Source of the DNA: an uncultured Acidimicrobiia bacterium
GTDB taxonomy: Bacteria > Acidobacteriota > Terriglobia > Versatilivoradales > Versatilivoraceae
Assembly (NCBI GenBank): GCA_963786955.1
Contig: CAWBAT010000006.1
Location: 736,001 to 800,000, forward strand
DNA length: 64,000 nucleotides
Reading direction: 5' to 3'
Part shown: piece after piece, positions 9,865 to 20,196 of the stretch
Numbering within the stretch: the first letter of the stretch is position 1
How the letters are laid out: each line of letters begins with the position of its first letter
The notes under the pieces: model-generated
The model's database searches: none
What the model was told of the DNA's origin: nothing
What the model saw: only the letters and a program-made list of their open reading frames with translations
Translations under genes and position numbers: made by a program

Positions 9865-10719
9865 ATGGAACTGATCAAGACCATCCATGAATCGCGAGGA
9901 ATCCGAACTCAATGGCAGAATGAGCAGCGCCGTGTTTCGCTAGTGCCGACCATGGGGGCGTTGCATGCCGGCCACTTGAGCTTGGTCCGCAGAGCCCGAG
10001 AATTGTCAGATCGGGTCGTCGTTTCCATTTTCGTCAATCCCACCCAGTTTGGTCCCAACGAAGATTTTGAACGCTACCCGCGATCGTGGGACAAAGACCT
10101 GGATCTCATGAAGGAACATCTGGTCGATGCCGTCTATGCTCCCGAAGTGTCCGAGGTCTATCCCCCCGGTTTCCGCACCTTTGTCACAGTGGAAGAGTTG
10201 AGCCAGAAATTATGCGGTGTCACGCGTCCCGGTCATTTTCGGGGGGTGACGACGATCGTCTGCAAGCTCTTGACAGTCTGGCAGCCTCATCTGGCTCTTT
10301 TTGGTTGGAAAGATGCCCAACAATGTATCTTGATCCAGCGCCTGGTCGAAGACCTCTCCTTGCCCGTTGAGATCGTTCCCTGCCCGATCGTCCGTGAACC
10401 GGATGGCCTAGCGCTGAGTTCGAGAAATAGCTATCTCACTCGGGAGGAGAGATTGGCAGCGACGCGACTTCACCAATCTTTGCAATGGGCTAAGGAAAAA
10501 GTGAAACGAGGAGAAAAGTCTTCACGCCTATTGCTCGATGGCGTCAAGGCCCAACTCCGTGCCGAACCGCTCATCAGACTGGACTATGCAGAGATCGTGA
10601 ATACCCGCGACCTCTCGCCTCTAGAAACCGTTGATTCTTCTGCGCTGTTAGCTCTCGCCGCCTTTTTAGGGAAGACACGGCTCATCGATAACACTCTGTT
10701 GATGAGGGATGCGCCATGA
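9865..10719 (+). CDS. panC: Pantoate-beta-alanine ligase
   Basis: VPTMGALHAGH, SIFVNPTQF, RPGHFRGV, REPDGLALSSRN, RLIDN. Confidence 0.96.
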   Translation: MELIKTIHESRGIRTQWQNEQRRVSLVPTMGALHAGHLSLVRRARELSDRVVVSIFVNPTQFGPNEDFERYPRSWDKDLDLMKEHLVDAVYAPEVSEVYPPGFRTFVTVEELSQKLCGVTRPGHFRGVTTIVCKLLTVWQPHLALFGWKDAQQCILIQRLVEDLSLPVEIVPCPIVREPDGLALSSRNSYLTREERLAATRLHQSLQWAKEKVKRGEKSSRLLLDGVKAQLRAEPLIRLDYAEIVNTRDLSPLETVDSSALLALAAFLGKTRLIDNTLLMRDAP

Positions 10720-10882
10720 TTGGCCGCTGTTGAGATGCCGTCATTTGTTTGACTCAGGGTATGACGCCCAGTTCCCTCCCAATTTTCTATTTCTTATTTG
10801 CGATTTGGTGTTTGCTGCGGAATGAGCTTTTTTCTTGGACATTTTATTTCGAAAAAGCGAACCTCATTGACTCGGTCTAGTG

Positions 10883-11098
10883 CCCCCTCACCGGCTCTCC
10901 TCTCCCGCGTTGGGGAGAGGAGAGCCGGTGATTCATTTTTGCATTCCTCTCCCAGGCATGAACCGATCGGATGCTTCACCTGGCCTGGAGAGCAAAGTTC
11001 CACGAGGCCGCAGTTGTCTGCGTCGCAGAGCACCGCCCTCTACAGGTGTGCAGTCCCCCCTCACCTCCAGCTCCTCTCCCGCGTTGGGGAGAGGAGAG
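10883..11098 (+). repeat. Two CCCCTCACC..CTCTCCC..GGGGAGAGG hairpin repeats (10883-10924, 11055-11098)
   Basis: Near-identical to copies at 24811 and 24916, related to 35522; spacer 10930-11010 resembles 35572-35650. Confidence 0.8.
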
Positions 11099-11117
11099 CC
11101 GACGGCGAAAATTGCTT

Positions 11118-11615
11118 TCACGCGGCATTTCGTTTCATTCGCTTCAGGAGTTGAATTTGCCCGGCATGATAGATGTCGTGGAAAGCAATCCCCCGAATCA
11201 GAAATTCATTGCTGTTTTGACTGCCCTTCGGTGCCAGATCAAGATCCTTCTCCTTGAGCCCTGCCACAACCCCCCGCAACTCCTGGTGAAGCTTTTCAAG
11301 GATTCTCAGCTCCGCTTTCCAGGCTTTCTCCGAAAATTCAACCGGCCGGAGAAACCAGTTACTGCCTGCAATGTCAAAGGATCCACGCTTCTTTCCCAGA
11401 AGCCTTCTGAGGACAACATATTTCCAATAGGCTGCGTGTAGGGCAATTTCCCAAATGTTGTGCCGGTTTTTGCCGGGGCGCCAGGCTGCATCCTGCGAAG
11501 AAATGCCTCGCAAAGAGCCTTTCAAATTCGGTCCGTGCCATGCTCTCTTGTCATAAGCCTCGTCCATCATCTTCAAAAGGCTTTCTATTCGGATCGACAC
11601 TGTTGATGATTTCAT
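11118..11615 (-). CDS. DinB family protein
   Basis: WHGP, HNIWEIALH, GIAFHDIYHAGQI His motifs. Confidence 0.88.
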   Translation of the reverse strand: MKSSTVSIRIESLLKMMDEAYDKRAWHGPNLKGSLRGISSQDAAWRPGKNRHNIWEIALHAAYWKYVVLRRLLGKKRGSFDIAGSNWFLRPVEFSEKAWKAELRILEKLHQELRGVVAGLKEKDLDLAPKGSQNSNEFLIRGIAFHDIYHAGQIQLLKRMKRNAA

Positions 11616-11825
11616 GGCCTCTCTCCTCCTTACGACGTTCTTCTCTCATTTCTCCGCAGGGCTTAATGTCCCGTTAACCCCATCGCCCTGTAAGAGCCTC
11701 GGACAGCGCTCGAGGACTCTCCTGGGCCTGAAATTGGCTTGCTTTTTTCGGTTGCGAATCGATAGACTGACGTTTTGAGGTTCCGGTCAGTACGAAGGAT
11801 CATTTTCGCATGAAAGGGTTTATCC

Positions 11826-12485
11826 ATGGCAAAGTTTAAGAGTCGGGAAGACGCGGGGCGCGAGCTCGCCGGCCAGCTCTCTCAATGGCAATCCTTTAAC
11901 CCGATCATCTTGGGAATCCCTCGAGGAGGACTGCCGGTAGCCGCTTCGGTCGCTCAGGCGTTCAAACGCCCCTTTCTGCCACTGCCCATACGCCGGCTCG
12001 AAGTGCCCTGGGATGCCAAGATCGTTTTCGGATATGTCACCGATCAAGGAGAGTTACACTTGAATCAACCCTTAATCGGGCAAGTTCGGCTGACTCCCCC
12101 GGAGATTCAGAAGATCGCCAAGCAAGAACGCCTGAATCTCATGAAAGAACTCAGCAGTTGGGGAGCCACTCCTCTCCCTGCTTTGGAGAACCAATGCGCC
12201 TTGCTGATTGATGACGGGATGCACACCGGCTGGACTCTGTTCAGTGCCCTCGAAATGGTCAAGAACCTGGGCGCCCGGCAAACTCTTGTCGGCGTCCCCG
12301 TGAGCCACTTTCGTGCCAAACGCTTTATCAGCCACCATTGCGACGAAATGGTCTGTCTTCAGACCGAGGAGTTGGCGCTTTACGAGATTGGCAATTACTA
12401 CGAAGATTTTGCTCGGGTCAGTGACGAGCAGATTCGAGCCCTTTTAAAAACGGCTCCTTCCAATCCCAAACAAACGGCCGCCTGA
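11826..12485 (+). CDS. Phosphoribosyltransferase family protein
   Basis: F.SREDAGRELA, GIPRGGLPVA, LLIDDGMHTG PRPP motif, YYEDFARVSD. Confidence 0.9.
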   Translation: MAKFKSREDAGRELAGQLSQWQSFNPIILGIPRGGLPVAASVAQAFKRPFLPLPIRRLEVPWDAKIVFGYVTDQGELHLNQPLIGQVRLTPPEIQKIAKQERLNLMKELSSWGATPLPALENQCALLIDDGMHTGWTLFSALEMVKNLGARQTLVGVPVSHFRAKRFISHHCDEMVCLQTEELALYEIGNYYEDFARVSDEQIRALLKTAPSNPKQTAA

Positions 12486-12570
12486 ATCAGGCGCAGCGGC
12501 ATTCCGGATCGTGAACCCTTAAAATCCTTTGTCAACTCTCTGTGCCGGGTGTCCCCCCACTTCTTTCTAC

Positions 12571-12598
12571 TTGACAGACCGCAGAATGGATCTATAAT
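12571..12598 (+). promoter_or_regulatory. Sigma-70 promoter of the arg operon
   Basis: TTGACA (12571-12576), 16 bp, TATAAT (12593-12598). Confidence 0.8.
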
Positions 12599-12626
12599 TA
12601 TTCTTTTGTGTGAATAATTATTCATT
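12589..12626. promoter_or_regulatory. Tandem ARG boxes (ArgR operator)
   Basis: Perfect palindrome TGAATAATTATTCA at 12611-12624 plus a degenerate box (ATAATTATTC, 12594-12603) over the -10 element, directly upstream of argR. Confidence 0.85.
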
Positions 12627-12631
12627 GGACC

Positions 12632-13075
12632 ATGATCAAACACCGAAGACAATCGAAGATCCTTTCCCTGGTGCAGTCGCGGCCCGTCGCCAGCCAGGCC
12701 GCGCTCGCGCATCAGCTTTCCGTGGAGGGGATTCATGTCACGCAAGCCACCTTGTCACGGGATTTACACGAACTCAATCTCGTGAAGACCGTGGAGGGGT
12801 ACAAGCTTCCGGGACAGCTCTTGCCCCATGCTGCCAACTCCCAGCAGCAACAGCACACGATTGCCCAATTCATGACCGAAGCCCAAACAGCCGGGAACAT
12901 GGTGGTGGTCAAGACCAATCCGGGCAATGCCCCGCCGGTCGCACGCAGCCTTGACAATATCGGCTGGAATGAAATTATTGGAACCGTGGCGGGCGATGAC
13001 ACTATCATTGTCGTGACCAAAGGATCTCTGGCGGCGCGTACGGTGCGGAAACGATTGTTGGGAATGAGCCGGTAA
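12632..13075 (+). CDS. argR: Arginine repressor
   Basis: VTQATLSRDL.EL and GTVAGDDTI motifs. Confidence 0.95.
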   Translation: MIKHRRQSKILSLVQSRPVASQAALAHQLSVEGIHVTQATLSRDLHELNLVKTVEGYKLPGQLLPHAANSQQQQHTIAQFMTEAQTAGNMVVVKTNPGNAPPVARSLDNIGWNEIIGTVAGDDTIIVVTKGSLAARTVRKRLLGMSR

Positions 13076-13261
13076 AGGAAAGCTTTTGGAGGAACAAGAC
13101 GCAGAGGGGGTTTGCCGTGAAAGGACGAACCGCGCTCCCTACAATCAAACTTGAGGGAACAGGTCACAGAAGATGAACACTCACAGGGATCCGGTGCCTT
13201 CTCATTTTCCAAAACTAACAACAGGTGGAGACGTCTGGCATTTCCGAGAGGAGCAACACCA

Positions 13262-14305
13262 TTGAGTCAAGCCATCCAAAAGAGAGTTGCGATCATCGGC
13301 GCTAGCGGGTATTCCGGGGCGGAGATTGCCGCCTTGCTTCTCAAACACCCCTTTGTCGAATTGAATACGCTCATGACGGCCAACGCGGAACGGCATTCCG
13401 GCACCCCTCGCCATTTTAGCCAAGAGCTTCCCTCCTTTCTCGGGCGTTGTGACCTGGACATTGAACCGCTGAATATTGAATCACTGAACCAGCGTGAGAT
13501 TGCGATCGTCTTCGTGGCAACGCCCAACGAGACTTCGCATGAACTTGTTCCGGATCTCTTAGCCCATTCATTAAAGGTCATCGACCTGAGCGGTTCGTTC
13601 CGGTTGAAAGAAAATACTCTCTATCCAAAGTGGTATGGGTTTGAGCATCGTTTTCCGGACTTGCTCGAGGCAGCGGTTTATGGTCTCACGGAAATTCACC
13701 GCGACGCCATCCGGACAGCTCAACTGGTTGCCAATCCCGGCTGCTATCCAACTTCCGCGCTTCTGCCGCTAATCCCTCTGCAACGAGCGGAGTTGATCGA
13801 TTTGAGCATGGACATCATTTGTGATTCGAAATCCGGTGTCACGGGAGCCGGCAAGACCCCCACGGGGAATACGCATTTTTCCGAGGTGTCAGAAAGCTTC
13901 AAAGCCTATAACGTCAGGAAGCATCGTCATGCCCCGGAGATCTGGCAGGAATTGAATCATGACCATTTCATTTTCACCCCGCATCTATTGCCCATCAATC
14001 GTGGAATTCTATCCACCATTTATTTACGGTTGCGCAAAGGAGTGACCGAGCAAGATGTCTCTCATTGCTACCAGGACAACTATCAAGGCCGGCCCTTTAT
14101 TCGGATCTTTCCGAAGGGGGTTTATCCGGAAATCAAACATGTGGCGCACACCAACTACTGTGATATTGGATGGAGCCTTGACGCGGCGCGATCCAGTTTG
14201 ATCCTGATTTCAGCCATCGATAATCTACTCAAAGGGGCGGCGGGTCAGGCGGTTCAGAATATGAATGTCATGTTCGGGTTCGATGAAAAGACAGGTCTCA
14301 GTTAG
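13262..14305 (+). CDS. argC: N-acetyl-gamma-glutamyl-phosphate reductase
   Basis: GASGYSG, ANPGCYPT, SGVTGAG, DNLLKGAAGQAVQNMN; TTG start after GAGGAG. Confidence 0.95.
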   Translation: MSQAIQKRVAIIGASGYSGAEIAALLLKHPFVELNTLMTANAERHSGTPRHFSQELPSFLGRCDLDIEPLNIESLNQREIAIVFVATPNETSHELVPDLLAHSLKVIDLSGSFRLKENTLYPKWYGFEHRFPDLLEAAVYGLTEIHRDAIRTAQLVANPGCYPTSALLPLIPLQRAELIDLSMDIICDSKSGVTGAGKTPTGNTHFSEVSESFKAYNVRKHRHAPEIWQELNHDHFIFTPHLLPINRGILSTIYLRLRKGVTEQDVSHCYQDNYQGRPFIRIFPKGVYPEIKHVAHTNYCDIGWSLDAARSSLILISAIDNLLKGAAGQAVQNMNVMFGFDEKTGLS

Positions 14306-14321
14306 CCAAGAAAGGAAAGCC

Positions 14322-15113
14322 GTGCGGATCGTTGTTAAGTTGGGGGGAAGTTTATTGACGGATGTGGAGCTTCTCCATAGAATGGTCAGCCAAATTGTGG
14401 ATTTGCAGGATCGTGGCCACGAAATGGTGGTGGCTCACGGGGGCGGGAAGCAGATCAAACAGGTCCTTGAAAAACTATCCATCCCGAGTCATTTCCACCA
14501 GGGCCTTCGAGTCACCGATGCCGAAACGATGCAGGTGGTTCAAATGGTCCTTGCCGGCTGGGTGAATAAAGATATCGTCGCCCATTTTTTCCGCCAGGGA
14601 AAGCGTGCGGTGGGAATTTGTGGGGGTGATGGAGCCACCTTTCTGGCGCAGAAGTTTCAAGATCCGAAAGAATCCGAACCTTTCGATTACGGATTTGTGG
14701 GGGAAGTCATCGAAGGGGATCCCCGCTTGCTCGACCTACTACTTCAGCATCACTATTTCCCTATCATTGCCTGCACGGCTTTGGGGTCCGATGCTTCTTA
14801 TTACAACGTCAATGCCGATGAAATGGCTGCGGCGGCGGCGATTTTTTGCAAAGCCGACCGGTTGCTATTCTTGACGGATGTTCCGGGTATCTATGATGAA
14901 AACCAGCAAGTCATCCCACATCTTTCCCGGACTGCACTGGAACAACTACGCCATTCAGGCGTCATCAGCGAAGGGATGCTCCCCAAGTCTCGGGCCTGCG
15001 AGCGCGCCAAGTCCGCTGGAATTGAAAAAGTTCATATTGTTGGCGGCCGGGAAGAGAACTGTCTGGCCAGGGTTCTAGTCCTAGAGGAAGCTCTTGGAAC
15101 GGTCATTTCTTAA
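14322..15113 (+). CDS. argB: Acetylglutamate kinase
   Basis: VVKLGGS, HGGG.QI, GLRVTD, NVNAD, LTDVPG, GMLPK. Confidence 0.95.
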   Translation: MRIVVKLGGSLLTDVELLHRMVSQIVDLQDRGHEMVVAHGGGKQIKQVLEKLSIPSHFHQGLRVTDAETMQVVQMVLAGWVNKDIVAHFFRQGKRAVGICGGDGATFLAQKFQDPKESEPFDYGFVGEVIEGDPRLLDLLLQHHYFPIIACTALGSDASYYNVNADEMAAAAAIFCKADRLLFLTDVPGIYDENQQVIPHLSRTALEQLRHSGVISEGMLPKSRACERAKSAGIEKVHIVGGREENCLARVLVLEEALGTVIS

Positions 15114-15127
15114 ATAAGAGGGATTTC

Positions 15128-16370
15128 ATGAATTTGAAACAAATCGTGGATCTGGAATCAAAAGTATTGCTGGCCAACTACAAGAAATATCCTCTCTTTG
15201 TGGACAAGGGACGGAAATGCATCGTTTATGATCATGCCGGCAAACGCTACGTCGATCTTTTAGCGGGCATCGCCGTGAATGCGCTGGGATATAACCATCC
15301 CCGAATCACCAATATTCTCCGCAAACAGATCAAGAAGAGCATTCACGTCAGCAATCTCTTTTATCATCCCTACCAAGCATTGCTGGCAAAAAAACTGGTC
15401 GAACTCAGCGGATTGCAAAAAGTCTTTTTCTGCAACAGCGGTACGGAAGCCGTTGAAGCGGCCTTCAAGCTTGCGCGTGGATACTCCTACAAGAACAGAC
15501 TGGGCGAAGGGAAGTTCGAAATCTTGACGATGGATAACGCCTTCCATGGCAGAACCTATGGGGCCTTATCTGCGACGGCATCCGACAAATACCGAAAGCC
15601 ATTTGAGCCCCTGGTCCCCGGATTCCATTTTGTCCGCTTTAACGATGTGGAGGATTTGAGAGCCAAGTTTAGTGAAAAAGTATGCGGCATTATCATCGAA
15701 CCACTCCAGGGCGAAGGGGGCATTCACGCCTGCAGTGAAGAATTCTTGAAGGCAGCCCGACAACTCTGCGACCACTACAAAGCCCTGTTGATTCTCGACG
15801 AGATTCAATGCGGGATCGGCCGAACCGGACGCTACTTTTATTACGAAAAATTCGGCCTGCTCCCGGATGTCCTGACATTAGCCAAGCCTCTCGGATTGGG
15901 ATTGCCACTTGGCGCGGTGGTGACGACGGATCGGATCGCACCCACTTTTGGTCCGGGCGATCATGGGACCACCTTTGGCGGAGGCCCTCTCTCCTGCCGG
16001 GTGGGGTTCGAGTTCCTCAAGGTCATGCAGGAAGAAGGGATGCTCGAGAAAATCCGTGAACTAGGGCGATTACTTTAAGAGTAAACTCCTCTCCCTGAAA
16101 GATAAATACCCCTTCGTCAAGGAAGTTCGGGGAGAGGGTTTGATTCTCGGGATGGAGTTGAGCTTCCCTTGCCGGGAGGTTGTGAATCGTTGCCTTGAAG
16201 CGGGTTACATTATCAATGTGACCAGCGACAACGTCCTCCGTTTTTTGCCTCCTTATGTCATCTCCAAGAAGGAAATCGCCAAGTTCATTCAAGCATTGGA
16301 TCGGATCTTTAAAGAGTTGGACCCGGCACAGTTCAGCCCGAACCATCCGAGTGCCGGAGGAGTCCATTGA
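15128..16370 (+). CDS. argD: Acetylornithine aminotransferase (frameshift near 16070)
   Basis: FCNSGTEAVEAA, EPLQGEGG, LILDEIQCGIGRTG, HGTTFGG; C-terminal VLRFLPP in ORF 16140-16370. Confidence 0.92.
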
Positions 16371-17339
16371 CGATGTCATCCCGCAAGCCGAATTCCTCGG
16401 CCAGACCCCAGAGTGGAAAGCTCTCCGTTCAGGACTTGCTTTCACTGGCCTTAATGACTTCCAAAGATATCGAATTGGTTTTCACAACTGCCCAATCGAT
16501 CAAGCAGTCTCCAAAGAATTACGCGCAAGCCTTGCAGTCAAAAACCTTGGCCCTGATATTTGAGAAGCCCTCCCTCCGCACCCGCGTGACGTTTGACGTC
16601 GGAATGACGAGCATGGGAGGTCATGCCGTATTTCTCGATCACTCCGACACAAAGTTGGGTGAGCGCGAGTCTATCAAAGACGTGGCAAAGAATTTGGAGC
16701 GCTGGGTGGATGGCATTGTTGCCCGAACGTACAAAAACAAATCGGTTTGGGAGTTGGCGGAACATGCTTCCATTCCCGTGATCAACGGGCTGACGGATCT
16801 GCTCCATCCGTGCCAGGCACTCAGCGACTATTTCACGGTTCTCGAAAAATTCGGGTCCCTGAAAGGGCTCAAGTTTGCCTATGTCGGAGATGGCAATAAT
16901 ACCTGCCACTCCTTAATCGATGGCGCCGCGAAGCTGGGAGTGGAACTCTGGATTGCAACGCCTGAAGGATTTGGAGCCCAACCCCCGCATCGTCAATGAG
17001 GCCGAAAAAGTGATCAAGAAGACCGGGGGAAAGCTTGAAATTCAATACAGCCCGGAAAAGGCCGTTCGAGGAGCGAGTGTCGTGTACACAGACGTCTGGG
17101 CCAGTATGGGACAGGAGGCAGAAACAGAAGATCGCGCAGCCATCTTTTCCGATTACCAAGTGAATCGCAAGTTGATGTCGTTTGCCGCGCGGAACGCGGT
17201 TTTCATGCACTGCCTGCCAGCCCATCGGGGTTACGAAGTAGCTCCGAATGTGATTGACTCCCCTCAGTCCATCGTCTATGACCAGGCTGAAAACCGGCTG
17301 CACGTGCAGAAAGCGATCCTCTATCTTCTGATCTCTTAG
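16367..17339 (+). CDS. argF: Ornithine carbamoyltransferase (frameshift near 16970)
   Basis: FEKPSLRTR, HPCQ, YTDVWASMGQE, FMHCLPAHRG, DQAENRLH. Confidence 0.93.
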
Positions 17340-17363
17340 GCATTGAAATGTGAAAATTTCTCA

Positions 17364-17434
17364 GTAGAGGCAAAGCATTCGATGCGGTATACCGAGATGG
17401 GTCTCTCCCAGGCTGACGAATGCTTTGCCCCTAC
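17364..17434. repeat. GTAG-type inverted repeat element between argF and argG
   Basis: GTAGAGGCAAAGCATTCG ... CGAATGCTTTGCCCCTAC (17/18 IR). Confidence 0.75.
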
Positions 17435-17491
17435 AATAAGTGCAGAAGACAAAATTAATAGTAGCTCATCTTCTTAATAAGGAAAGATCCC

Positions 17492-18694
17492 ATGGTCAAG
17501 AAAGTCGTTCTGGCATATTCCGGCGGTTTGGACACATCAATCATCATCCCCTGGCTCAAGGAAAATTACCATTGTGAAGTCATCGCGATGGCAGGCGATG
17601 TCGGGCAGGAGGAAGAATTAGCGGGGCTTGAAGAGAAAGCCATTAAGACTGGGGCCTCGAAACTATATGTGGAGGATTTACGAGAGGAGTTTATTCGGGA
17701 GTACATCTGGCCGACACTCCGTGCAGGCGCCCTATACGAAAGGAAGTACCTACTGGGAACTTCCATGGCCCGGCCGATCCTGGCCAAGCGACAGGTCGAG
17801 GTTGCCTTGAAGGAAGGGGCGGATGCGGTCGCGCACGGGTGCACGGGGAAAGGCAATGACCAGGTCCGCTTTGAGCTGACGTACAAGGCCCTGGCCCCAA
17901 TTTGAAAGTGATCGCTCCCTGGAGAGAATGGGATATCAAATCCCGGGAAGATGCCATCGACTATGCCCACAAACACCAGATTCCAATCACCGCCACCAAG
18001 GAAAAGATTTACAGCGAAGATCGAAATATCTGGCATATCAGCCATGAGGGTGGAGTCCTGGAAGATCCTTCCTGTGAACCGGAGGAATCGATGTGGAAGC
18101 TCACGGCTTCTCCGGAGAAGGCCCCCAATCAGCCCCGTTACGTGGAAATTCTGTTTGAAAAAGGAACTCCCGTGGGGATCGACGGAGCCCACCTGGCTCC
18201 GATTGACTTGGTAAAACGGGCAAATTCGATTGGCGGAGAACATGGCATCGGTCGCATGGATCTAGTCGAAAACCGGTCTGGTCGGCATGAAGTCCAGAGG
18301 CGCTTATGAGACGCCTGGGGGAACCCTACTGGTTCAAGCTCATCGCGAACTGGAGTCGATCTGCCTGGACAAGGAAATTTTGCGAATGAAAGACCAATTG
18401 GCGTTGAAATATGCCGATCTGGTTTACAACGGTCAATGGTTTACGCCCATCCGGGAGGCGTTGGACGCGTTTTTCACGGCAACTCAAAAGACCGTGACAG
18501 GCAGCGTTCGACTAAAGTTATACAAGGGCAATATCATCTCTGCCGGACTCAAATCGCCCTACTCCCTCTATCGGGAGGATTTGGCCACCTTTGGAGAAGA
18601 GGCGGTTTATAACCAAAAAGACGCCGAAGGGTTTATCAACCTCTTTGGTCTTCCGGTAAAGGTCCAGGCGCTCGTCCAGAGGGCAAAGAAATAG
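17492..18694 (+). CDS. argG: Argininosuccinate synthase (frameshifts near 17900 and 18278)
   Basis: [44 protein letters not shown] across three ORFs. Confidence 0.93.
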
Positions 18695-18813
18695 GTTGTT
18701 CGGGCAAGGCATTCCCCCAAAGCTGTCGAGGTGAGCTTGGGGGCAGCGGACGAATGCATTGATCCCGATATGTTGAGCCGTTGGCAATTCACGTCGGCGG
18801 AAAGGTGTGGCAT

Positions 18814-20196
18814 ATGAAAATCTGGGGGGGACGATTCAGCGAGGGGATGGACGAAGCCTTTGAACGATTCAATCGCTCGCTTCCTGTTGATCGGCGCTTG
18901 ATTCAGGAAGACCTCGAAGGGTCTATCGCCTATGCCAAAGCACTGGAGAAAGCAGGGATCCTGAATTCCGAGGAACTCACTCAAATCGGTAAGGGTCTCG
19001 CTGAAATTAAGAAGAGAATGGATCGAGAGCCTGAATGGATCGAGAAGAGTACGGACGAAGACGTGCATAGTTTTGTGGAATCGCGATTGTTCGAACTCAT
19101 AGGGGATGCTGCCTCGAAACTGCACACCGGGCGGAGCCGAAACGACCAGGTTGCCCTGGATACCCGCCTCTTCATGAAAAGGGCAACGATTCGGGTTCAG
19201 GTCGAGATCAAAAATCTCATGCAGAACTTACTCAAGCAGTCGCGTTCCCACCTCGACGTAGTCATCCCCGGATACACGCATCTACGCAAGGCTCAACCAA
19301 TACTTTTCGCCCATTACCTGCTAGCTTATTTCGAAATGTTCCGGAGAGACTATGATCGTTTTCACGATTGTTTCCGGCGCACGGATGTCATGCCTCTTGG
19401 ATCGGGTGCGCTCGCTGGAAATGGTTTTGCGATCGACCGGGACTCGCTACGAATCGACCTGGGCTTCTCTCAACTGACCCGAAATAGCCTGGACGGAGTC
19501 AGTGATCGGGATTATCAATTCGATTTCATCTCGGCTGGCGCCATCACTCTCATTCATTTGAGCCGGCTCGCAGAGGATCTCATTCTCTATTCCTCTCCGG
19601 AGTTTGGTTTTGTCGAACTGGCCGATGCCGTGACGACGGGAAGTAGCATCATGCCCCAAAAAAAGAATCCGGATTCGTTGGAGCTTATTCGGGGAAAAAG
19701 CGCACGGGTTGTGGGCCATCTGTGCAGTGCTTTGACTCTCGTCAAGGGCCTTCCTCTGACCTATAACAAGGATCTCCAGGAAGACAAGGAGTTGCTCTTC
19801 GATACGCTGGACACTTTAGTGGACTGTCTCTTGGTCAGTCAGGTTGTCTTGAAGACACTCAAATTGAACCGGACCGTGGCGAGCAAGTCAGTGCAGACTG
19901 GATTCTTGAATGCTACCGATCTGGCAGATTACCTGGTTCGAAAAGGGATGCCGTTCCGAAACGCCCACGAATGTGTCGGGAAACTTGTCTTGCATTGTGA
20001 AAGCAAGGGGATTGAACTGCAGGATCTGCCCTTGACCGAACTGCAGGCTTTTTCGAGTCTGATCCAGGAAGATGTGTTCCCCGCCCTGGCGCTTGAGAAC
20101 GGGTTAGAAAATCATTCGGTAGTTGGAGGGACGGCGCCCAGTCGGGTCCGTGAAGCTTTGGATCAGGCAGATAGCGAACTGAATGCCTATTCATGA
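18814..20196 (+). CDS. argH: Argininosuccinate lyase
   Basis: WGGRF, LHTGRSRNDQV, GSSIMPQKKNPD, YNKDLQEDK. Confidence 0.96.
   Translation: MKIWGGRFSEGMDEAFERFNRSLPVDRRLIQEDLEGSIAYAKALEKAGILNSEELTQIGKGLAEIKKRMDREPEWIEKSTDEDVHSFVESRLFELIGDAASKLHTGRSRNDQVALDTRLFMKRATIRVQVEIKNLMQNLLKQSRSHLDVVIPGYTHLRKAQPILFAHYLLAYFEMFRRDYDRFHDCFRRTDVMPLGSGALAGNGFAIDRDSLRIDLGFSQLTRNSLDGVSDRDYQFDFISAGAITLIHLSRLAEDLILYSSPEFGFVELADAVTTGSSIMPQKKNPDSLELIRGKSARVVGHLCSALTLVKGLPLTYNKDLQEDKELLFDTLDTLVDCLLVSQVVLKTLKLNRTVASKSVQTGFLNATDLADYLVRKGMPFRNAHECVGKLVLHCESKGIELQDLPLTELQAFSSLIQEDVFPALALENGLENHSVVGGTAPSRVREALDQADSELNAYS

Noticed and set aside
10798-11441. Several 60-156 aa ORFs across the panC-dinB gap, likewise 24538-25172 and 35362-36166
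   Set aside because: They translate hairpin repeats (SSPALGRGE) or run antisense to real genes
15128-18694. Programmed frameshifting or true pseudogenes in argD/argF/argG
   Set aside because: No shared slippery motif; same pattern in many unrelated core genes; assembly error is more parsimonious
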